Below the pieces are notes generated by a model. That model searched no databases. It saw only the letters and a list, made by a program, of their open reading frames with translations, and was not told the origin of the DNA. Shown piece after piece: positions 60,375 through 64,000 of a DNA stretch of 64,000 bases; within the stretch, counting starts at the first letter, position 1; each line of letters opens with the position of its first letter. A program made the position numbers and the translations under genes. This stretch comes from an uncultured delta proteobacterium (lineage in GTDB: Bacteria; Myxococcota; Myxococcia; SLRQ01), in assembly GCA_963727485.1 (NCBI GenBank), contig CAVSGM010000001.1, positions 480,001-544,000 on the forward strand, in the 5' to 3' direction.

Positions 60375-61755
60375 ATGTCCCCGTCCCCGCCGCCGCGTGC
60401 GACCTCGGCCCGACGCCGGCGCCCGTCCCTGGGCCCGATCTCCCCGGAGACCGCCGCCGCCGCGGTACGCGATCGCCGAGGGGCGGTCCGCTGGGGCCTG
60501 CTCCTGATCCCCGCCCTCTACCCCCTCGACGCATTCTTCGCCGGCCACGCCATCCCCGGGGCCTTCGTGGTGCGGGCGCTCTGGGCGGGCATCTTCCTCC
60601 TCGGCCTGAGGCGCCAGAGCCGCGACGGCCACGACGGGGACGGGCGCTGGGTCACGGTCTACGCCATCGCCAGCGCCACCGCGATCTTCACCCTCGCCAC
60701 CCTCACCGGCGGCAAGGACAGCTACCTCTTCCCCTGGACCTTCGCCCTCCCGGTGATCTTCGGCGCGGTGAACCCGGACCGGCGCCAGGCGGTGGTCGGC
60801 TCCGCGGCGATCCTCGCCCTCGGCGGCGCGGCCATCCTCTCCCAGACCACCCACCCCGAGGTGAGCATCACCCTCTACGTCGCCCAGCTCGCGGTGGTCA
60901 CCGGCCTGGCGCTGGTGGCCCAGTCGCAGTTCTCGAGGCTGGTGGCGCGGGAGCTCTCCGCCGCCGGCGAGCGCGAGGCGGCCCTGGCCGCCCTGGTCGA
61001 GAGCGAGAGCCGGCGTGCCCGCACCGAGCGCCTGGCGACCCTGGGGCAGCTCGCCGCCGGGGTGGCCCACGAAATCAACAACCCCCTGGCCTACCTCAAG
61101 GCCAACCTCGGCTACGTCCGCGAGGTGAGCCTTCAGCGGCTCCCTCCCGCGGATTCGGGAGGACGTCGCCGAGGTTCTCGACGAGAGCCGGGCGGGGCTC
61201 GACCGGATCGCCGAGATCGTCGGCGCCCTCCGGCTCTACGCCCGGGACGACGACGAGACGCCCAATGGCGACGTCTCCGGCGCCATCGCCGAGGCCGCGC
61301 AGCTCGCCTCGGTGCGGCTCCGGGGCGTGGCCGAGCTCGACACCGAGGTGGCGGCGGGCCTCCCGGCGGTCCCCATGGCCCAGGGCCGCCTCGCCCAGGT
61401 GCTCGTCAACCTCCTCCTCAACGCTGCCGACGCCGTCGTCGACCGGCCCGGCGCCGGCCGGGTGTCCCTGCGCGCCGAGGCGGTGGGGGGCGGCGAGCGG
61501 ATGCGCATCGCCGTCGAGGACGACGGCGTGGGCCTCACCCCCGATGTGAAGGCGCGCCTCTTCCGCCCCTTCTTCACCACCAAGCCCCCGGGGAAGGGCA
61601 CCGGCCTCGGCCTCGCCCTCGCCGAGGAGATGGTCACCCGCGCCGGGGGCACCATCGCCGCCGGGGACCGTCCCGGTGGCCCCGGGGCCCGCTTCGTGGT
61701 GGAGCTCCCGGCGGTGCCTCAGGCCCGGAGCAGCGGGAGCAGCTCGGCGGCGTAG
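60375..61755 (+). CDS. Membrane sensor histidine kinase (frameshift ~61154)
   Basis: LAAGVAHEINNPL, QVLVNLLLNAADA, DDGVG, PFFTTK, GTGLGL; no response regulator nearby. Confidence 0.9.
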
Positions 61756-62759
61756 GCGCGGCTGGCGTCGTCGACACCCGTGAGGTCGATCCGGTCGGGT
61801 CCGGCGACGCCCAGGCCGAGCTCGACGGCCCGGGCGAGCTGGTCCTGCTCGAAGATCCGCCCCCGGCTCACGGCGCGGGTGGTGCCGAAGCGCCGGAGGA
61901 TGGCGACGCCCACCGCGTCGACGGCCACCCGGTCGGCGCCGGCGAGGACCACGCCCGGGTGCACCCGGCGCCCCTTGTCGGGCCCGCCGTCGGTGAAGGC
62001 GTCGACCCCGTCGAGGACCACCGCCGCCGGGGCGTAGGCGGTGTTCACCTCGGCGATCATCTGCCGCTGGTGGCGCGAGAGGTGGAGCTCGTGCATGTAG
62101 TCGTGGCGGTCGCCGGGGACGCGCTTGCCGGCGAGGCCCACCGAGTTCTTCAGCGAGAGGGTGAAGTGGCCCCCGAAGCGGTGGGTCTTCAGGCAGCACA
62201 GGTTCACCACCGCGCCCGCGTCGAGGGCCAGGCGCGGGAAGGGGAAGCCCTGCTTCCAGTGGCTGCCCTTGGGCGTGACCCGGACCCAGCCGGACGCCGG
62301 GAGGTCCTCGAAGACCACCGTCTCCAGCTTCAGCTCGCGCGCCAGCGCCAGGACGCCCATCTCTTCCATCACCCGCCGGGTGTCGCCCATGCCGCTGCGG
62401 TCGCCGACGGTGATCCCCCCGGCGCCGAGGCGGCGCAGCTCGGTGACGGTGGCGCGCAACACGTCGAGGTGGGTGGAGCCCGGGGCCGGGTCGGCGCTGT
62501 TGAGGTTCGGCTTGATCAGGACGTGCTGGCCCTTGACCCCCGAGAGGTCCAGGGCGGCGAGCGCCCGGCGCACGCCGTCGGCCCGGTCGTCGGTCTTCAC
62601 CAGGACCACCGTGGACCGGGCCGGCCCCTTGAACGGGCGCGGGGTGAGGGTCGCGCCGGTGGCGGCGGCGAGGATGCCCCGGGGCAGGAGCGTCGCCACG
62701 CCCCCGGCGGCGACGGTCACGAGGAAGTCCCGGCGGCTCTGCGAAGGGTTGTCGGCCAT
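61719..62759 (-). CDS. DUF362 protein with Tat signal peptide
   Basis: SRRDFL; VLIKPN, LKTH, SLKN, DRVAVD. Confidence 0.85.
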   Translation of the reverse strand: MADNPSQSRRDFLVTVAAGGVATLLPRGILAAATGATLTPRPFKGPARSTVVLVKTDDRADGVRRALAALDLSGVKGQHVLIKPNLNSADPAPGSTHLDVLRATVTELRRLGAGGITVGDRSGMGDTRRVMEEMGVLALARELKLETVVFEDLPASGWVRVTPKGSHWKQGFPFPRLALDAGAVVNLCCLKTHRFGGHFTLSLKNSVGLAGKRVPGDRHDYMHELHLSRHQRQMIAEVNTAYAPAAVVLDGVDAFTDGGPDKGRRVHPGVVLAGADRVAVDAVGVAILRRFGTTRAVSRGRIFEQDQLARAVELGLGVAGPDRIDLTGVDDASRAYAAELLPLLRA

Positions 62760-62839
62760 GGCGCACCTCCCGGCACCGGGAAGCCTAGGGCCGGGCACGC
62801 CGCGGGGCCGTGGGGCGATGTCCGCCGGTGGGGCGCTGG

Positions 62840-63508
62840 CTACTCGCCGCCGGTCGCCATCGCCGGCGGGGCCATCCCCGTCGCCGCCTGCCAGGCCTTC
62901 GCGCCCACCACCTCCTGGCGGAAGGCGGCGTGGCAGCCGGTGCAGTGGGTGAGGGTCTTCGCCGTGGCCGCGGTCACCGCCGCCGCGTCATGCTTCTTCG
63001 CCGCGGCGAGGATCTGGTCGGCCTGCTTGTGGAACGCCAGGGCCTGCTCGGTGAACCCCGGGGCCCCGGCGCCCATGTGCCGGCACATCATGGCCATCTG
63101 GGGCGAGGAGCCGATGGCCTTCGCCGATCGGGCGACGGCGTCGAAGTCGTGGGCCGCGAGCCCGGCGAGGATGCCCTGGATGGCGGCGAGGTGGCCCTGC
63201 ATCTCGTTCTTCTGGTGGAGGGCCATGACCGGGAGCAGGGGGACGGGCCTGCGGCCGTCGAGGGCGGCGAGCTGGTCCCAGGGGCCGGTGGCCGAGCCAG
63301 GCGCGGGATCCGCGACGGCCTTCGCGGGCACCGGGGTCGCGACGGCCTTCGCGGGCACCGGGGTCGCGACGGCCTTGGCGGCGGCCGTCTCGCCCTTCTT
63401 CGCCCGGCGCCCGGGCAGGGGGCAGTGGCACCCGGCGACCAGCGCCAGGCCGGCGACCAGGGCGAGGGAGACGGAGCGGGACACGCGGCGGTCGGGGCGG
63501 GGCGTCAT
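62840..63508 (-). CDS. Cytochrome c'-like (class II) lipoprotein
   Basis: VAGC lipobox; helical; single C-terminal CTGCH. Confidence 0.75.
   Translation of the reverse strand: MTPRPDRRVSRSVSLALVAGLALVAGCHCPLPGRRAKKGETAAAKAVATPVPAKAVATPVPAKAVADPAPGSATGPWDQLAALDGRRPVPLLPVMALHQKNEMQGHLAAIQGILAGLAAHDFDAVARSAKAIGSSPQMAMMCRHMGAGAPGFTEQALAFHKQADQILAAAKKHDAAAVTAATAKTLTHCTGCHAAFRQEVVGAKAWQAATGMAPPAMATGGE
63312..63378 (-). repeat. 27-bp coding repeat (KAVATPVPA), about 2.5 copies
   Basis: GCGACGGCCTTCGCGGGCACCGGGGTC repeated on + strand. Confidence 0.85.
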
Positions 63509-63975
63509 GGGGGATCCTTTGGGGGTGGGGCGTCGCCGGCGGCGAGGGCCGCCATGGTCCGGCGGAGGCGCTCGAGGGCGTCGACGAGGGCCTCGGCCTC
63601 GCCGTCGAGGCCGTGGAGGACGCGGGTGAAGTGGGCGGCGCTGGCGGCGTCGACCTGGGCGGCGAGCGCCGCGCCCTTGCCGGTGAGGCGCAGGAGCCGG
63701 GCCCGGCCGTCGGCGGGGTGGGGTGTGCGCTCGAGCTCGCCGTTGCTCGCCATCCGGGCGGCGAGGCGTGAGACGTTGGTCCGGTCGATGGAGAGGGTCC
63801 CCGCCAGCTCGGTGACCGTCATCCCCTCCGGGCAGCGGCGCAGCTCGAGGAGGGCGTAGGCGTAGGGCAGGGGGAGCGTGGTGCCGCAGGGGCGGCAGGC
63901 GTCGTCGAGGGCGCCGTGGGCCACGAGGAGCCCTCGGACGGCCTCCCGGAGGGCTCTGGCGGGATCGGCGGGCAC
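63505..63975 (-). CDS. MarR-family regulator with N-terminal CxxC
   Basis: ACRPCG; TVTELA...DRTNVSRL; DGRARLLRLT; ATGA coupling to the cytochrome gene. Confidence 0.88.
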   Translation of the reverse strand: MPADPARALREAVRGLLVAHGALDDACRPCGTTLPLPYAYALLELRRCPEGMTVTELAGTLSIDRTNVSRLAARMASNGELERTPHPADGRARLLRLTGKGAALAAQVDAASAAHFTRVLHGLDGEAEALVDALERLRRTMAALAAGDAPPPKDPP

Positions 63976-64000
63976 CCCAGGGGGATACGTGCGAACGCAC

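Noticed and set aside
6418..61755. Widespread pseudogenisation (over a dozen frameshifted genes)
   Set aside because: Single-base indels at GATC motifs, homopolymers or repeats, including in sucA/sucB, with intact catalytic motifs; best explained as long-read errors.

Overview
Very GC-rich bacterial chromosomal segment, most likely Myxococcota (MYXO-CTERM-like anchor, MXAN_5808-like S41 protease, MJ0042 zinc-ribbon protein, Cys-rich repeat). It holds about 52 protein-coding genes and no rRNA, tRNA, CRISPR array or recognisable mobile element. Recognisable functions: sucA-sucB-lpdA, an RND efflux pair, an ABC-2 exporter, an RlmN-like methyltransferase, an MltF-like enzyme, TatA and many peptidases (S41 CTP, tricorn, M16 pair, M50, M14, S53, probable M48). 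Most notable: (1) a 1.7-5.8 kb cluster joining a complementary pair of Get3/ArsA-like ATPases, a phasin-like protein co-transcribed with an orphan ParA, and a PhaR-family regulator, a candidate storage-granule positioning/targeting system; (2) eight frameshifts all repaired by the same edit GATTC->GATC, suggesting a modified GATC motif that misled long-read base-calling; (3) a lower-GC toxin-first TA-like module with an unusual toxin and a long antitoxin; (4) a divergent radical SAM enzyme with a long N-terminal extension; (5) two paralogous uncharacterised membrane proteins flanking a DUF695-like gene. Frameshifts are treated as probable sequencing errors, not pseudogenes. All family calls come from motif recognition by eye; no searches were run.
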